In this document: positions 9,792 through 12,179 of the stretch, in pieces
How the letters are laid out: every line of letters begins with the position of its first letter
Position numbering within the stretch: the first letter of the stretch is position 1
Assembly (NCBI GenBank): GCA_019429005.1
Contig: JAHYJR010000004.1
Coordinates: 65,421 to 77,599 of the forward strand
Length of the DNA: 12,179 nt
Source: Nanobdellati archaeon
GTDB taxonomy: Archaea; EX4484-52; GLR71
Direction of reading: 5' to 3'
Notes under the pieces: generated by a model
Told to the model about the DNA's origin: nothing
Databases searched by the model: none
Seen by the model: the letters and a program-made list of their open reading frames with translations, nothing else
Made by a program: the position numbers and the translations under genes

Positions 9792-11216
9792 ATGAACTAC
9801 AAAGATATGCAAGTTAAACAATTTATTGAAGAATCTTCAAAAGGTAATATAGATATTGAGGATTATCATGCAAAAATCTTTGAAAGTATTGAAAAAATAC
9901 AGAAAAAATATAATTATTTTGTTACAATACCAAAAAGAGAAAGTTTAAAGCAAGCTAAAGCTATGAATAAAAACAAAACAAAAGATAAATTAGCAGGATT
10001 AGCAGTATCATCTAAAGATTGCCTTTGCACAAAGGGTATTGAAACAACAGCAGGATCAAAAATATTGAAAGGTTACATACCACCATATGACGCAACCGTA
10101 ATAAAAAATATAAAAGATGATAATGGTATAATCATAGGTAAAACAGTCATGGACGAATTTGGTTTTGGAACATTCTGTACAAATTCAGCTTATGGCATAC
10201 CTAAAAATCCGATTGAAATAGATAGATGCTGCGGTGGTAGTTCTGGTGGTGCGGGAGGTCTAACTACAGCAATCAATATACCACATATTGCTATAGGTGA
10301 ATCCACAGGTGGATCTATAAGCTGCCCTGCAGCATATTGTGGAGTAGTAGGATTGACACCAACATACGGATTAGTATCAAGATATGGACATATAGATTAT
10401 GCAAACAGCCTAGATAAAATAGGCACACTAGGTAAAAGTGTATATGATACAGCACTCATGTTATCAACAATTGCAGGTCCAGACCCAAAAGAACCAACAA
10501 CAATTAATACAAAACCTACAGACTATACAAAAAATATAGGTCAATCTATAAAAGGTCTGAAAATTGGGATACCAAAAGAATATTTCAATGGAATTGATAA
10601 AGATGTTGAAAAAGTAATTCGTAAAGCAATAGATCGATTTTCCGAATTGGGTGCAAAAAGTCAAGAGATTTCACTTAAAACAACAGAATACGTACTTCCA
10701 ACATACTACGTTATCGCAACAGCAGAAGCGTCAACAAACCTTGCAAGATATTGCGGTATGAGGTATGGTGCAACTGAAGAAATCAAAGGAAAATTCAATG
10801 GTTATTTTTCGACTGTTAGAGGAAAATATTTTTCAGATGAAGCTAAAAGAAGAATACTCCTTGGAACATATACAAGAATGGCAGGCTATAGAGACCAATA
10901 TTACCTGAAAGCTATGAAAGTTAGAACAATGATAATAAACGATTTCAAGAAAACATTTAACACATTTGATGCTATTGTCGCACCAACAATGCCAAACATC
11001 GCACCTAAATTCAAAGACATTGATAAATTGAGCCCAATTGAAACATATGCAATGGACAACCTCACAGTTGGACCAAATCTTGCAGGAATACCAATGATAT
11101 CAATCCCATGCGGAACTGTGAAAGGTATGCCTGTTGGGATACATATACTTGCAGACCATCTTAAAGAAGATAAGATGTTAAAGGTTGCAAGTGCACTTGA
11201 AAAGGTACTCAAGTAG
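9792..11216 (+). CDS. gatA: Asp-tRNA(Asn)/Glu-tRNA(Gln) amidotransferase subunit A
   Basis: Amidase signature (SKD, GGSSGG, TGGS, PTYGLVSRYG) and GatA-specific motifs EASTNLARY and EAKRRILLGT. Confidence 0.95.
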   Translation: MNYKDMQVKQFIEESSKGNIDIEDYHAKIFESIEKIQKKYNYFVTIPKRESLKQAKAMNKNKTKDKLAGLAVSSKDCLCTKGIETTAGSKILKGYIPPYDATVIKNIKDDNGIIIGKTVMDEFGFGTFCTNSAYGIPKNPIEIDRCCGGSSGGAGGLTTAINIPHIAIGESTGGSISCPAAYCGVVGLTPTYGLVSRYGHIDYANSLDKIGTLGKSVYDTALMLSTIAGPDPKEPTTINTKPTDYTKNIGQSIKGLKIGIPKEYFNGIDKDVEKVIRKAIDRFSELGAKSQEISLKTTEYVLPTYYVIATAEASTNLARYCGMRYGATEEIKGKFNGYFSTVRGKYFSDEAKRRILLGTYTRMAGYRDQYYLKAMKVRTMIINDFKKTFNTFDAIVAPTMPNIAPKFKDIDKLSPIETYAMDNLTVGPNLAGIPMISIPCGTVKGMPVGIHILADHLKEDKMLKVASALEKVLK

Positions 11217-11218
11217 GA

Positions 11219-12021
11219 TTATTTGAAACGTTTTTTGCAAGAGGCTATGTGTTTAGGGATTCCATCATTTTTTTTTGAAGAATTATCTTTAGTATAAGTA
11301 TATACTTTTTCAACATAAGCTTTTATCAAAGCATTTTCTTCAGAAGTCAAATGTGAAAATATATTATTAATCATATTTACAGTATCTTTAGATTCGTTTA
11401 TAAAACCTTCACCAGGATAACTATCCATTTCATAATAAACAGAAATAGAACCATCTTCTGAAAGACCACCATCATCAATACCTACATAATTTTAAAGAGA
11501 CGCTAATATAGTATCAATATCATCACAGATATCAAATCTTTTTTTGAAGCCTCTTTAACTTTTTTATATAACCTAGTACGGCTAATAAGTTCAAGACCTA
11601 CACGTTTACTAGCTAAGGGATTATTAAGTAAATTAACACTAGGAATAAACTCAGGAAAATAAAAAACACAATCTTTTGAGATATTACCATAGTCAGCTTT
11701 AAACAAATGACTAACTGCCTGATCAACCAAAATAAAACCAATTGATTTATCATCTTTCAATATATCAAAACCATCACGATTTGTTGTAATAACAGACATA
11801 CCATCAACATCATGTTCAAGATATTCATGATTAAAATCTAAATCAGATAATATATACTTATCAGCTTTAACAAGCCCAGATAAATGATTAACTTTATCTA
11901 AAGAAGGACCACTATCAATATATATTGCAGTCTTACCCTTATCTAAAACATAAAGATTATTACATTTTTTAACAGATTCTTTAATAGAGATATTTTTAGA
12001 ATAACTTTTAGTAGGTTCACC
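11219..12021 (-). pseudogene. Interrupted hypothetical gene (~270 codons): frameshift at an A7 run plus in-frame TAA
   Basis: ORFs 11503-12054 and 11219-11428 join after a -1 shift at 11539-11545, reading ...EASKK-RFDICDDIDTILASL*NYVGIDDGGLSEDGSISVYYEMDSYPG.... There is no ATG near the 5' end. Confidence 0.6.
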
Positions 12022-12045
12022 AATAATAATAATAATAATAATAAT
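12022..12045 (+). repeat. (AAT)8 microsatellite
   Basis: Directly visible; abuts the 10-bp array. Confidence 0.95.
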
Positions 12046-12179
12046 AACTAACAATAACTAACAATAACTAACAATAACTAACAATAACTAACAATAACTA
12101 ACAATAACTAACAATAACTAACAATAACTAACAATAACTAACAATAACTAACAATAACTAACAATAACTAACAATAACT
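12043..12179 (+). repeat. Perfect 10-bp tandem repeat (AATAACTAAC)n, at least 13.7 copies, truncated by the window edge
   Basis: Mismatch-free units without spacers. Confidence 0.98.

Noticed and set aside
10464-11212. Two minus-strand ORFs (66 and 103 aa)
   Set aside because: Antisense shadows of gatA.
12022-12054. Poly-Ile signal or transmembrane N-terminus (MLVIIIIIIII) of the last ORF
   Set aside because: Produced by translating the microsatellite from a TTG inside the repeat array, so probably not a real N-terminus.
12043-12179. CRISPR array
   Set aside because: Units are 10 bp and contiguous, with no unique spacers.

Overview
Very AT-rich archaeal chromosomal segment. Archaeal-type ATP-dependent ligase, FtsZ2-type proteins, TrmB, GTGAT-type Shine-Dalgarno sites and BRE/TATA promoters support this; a DPANN-like lineage is an inference only. 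Left to right: hypothetical protein (-), RNase HIII-type ribonuclease with an N-terminal TBP-like domain (-), Lys/Asn-rich protein (+), HTH plus degenerate nuclease-like protein (+), TrmB-family regulator (-), DNA ligase with a ~95-aa insertion (-), two tandem ftsZ genes (-), a ~690-bp AT-rich intergenic region, gatC-gatA (+), a broken ~270-codon gene (-), and a perfect 10-bp tandem repeat running off the right edge. The most striking element is the ftsZ pair. Both copies carry FtsZ2 signatures, their 3' halves look homogenised, and one has gained a ~125-aa Asn/Gln/Pro-rich disordered N-terminal region containing an (AAT)10 microsatellite.
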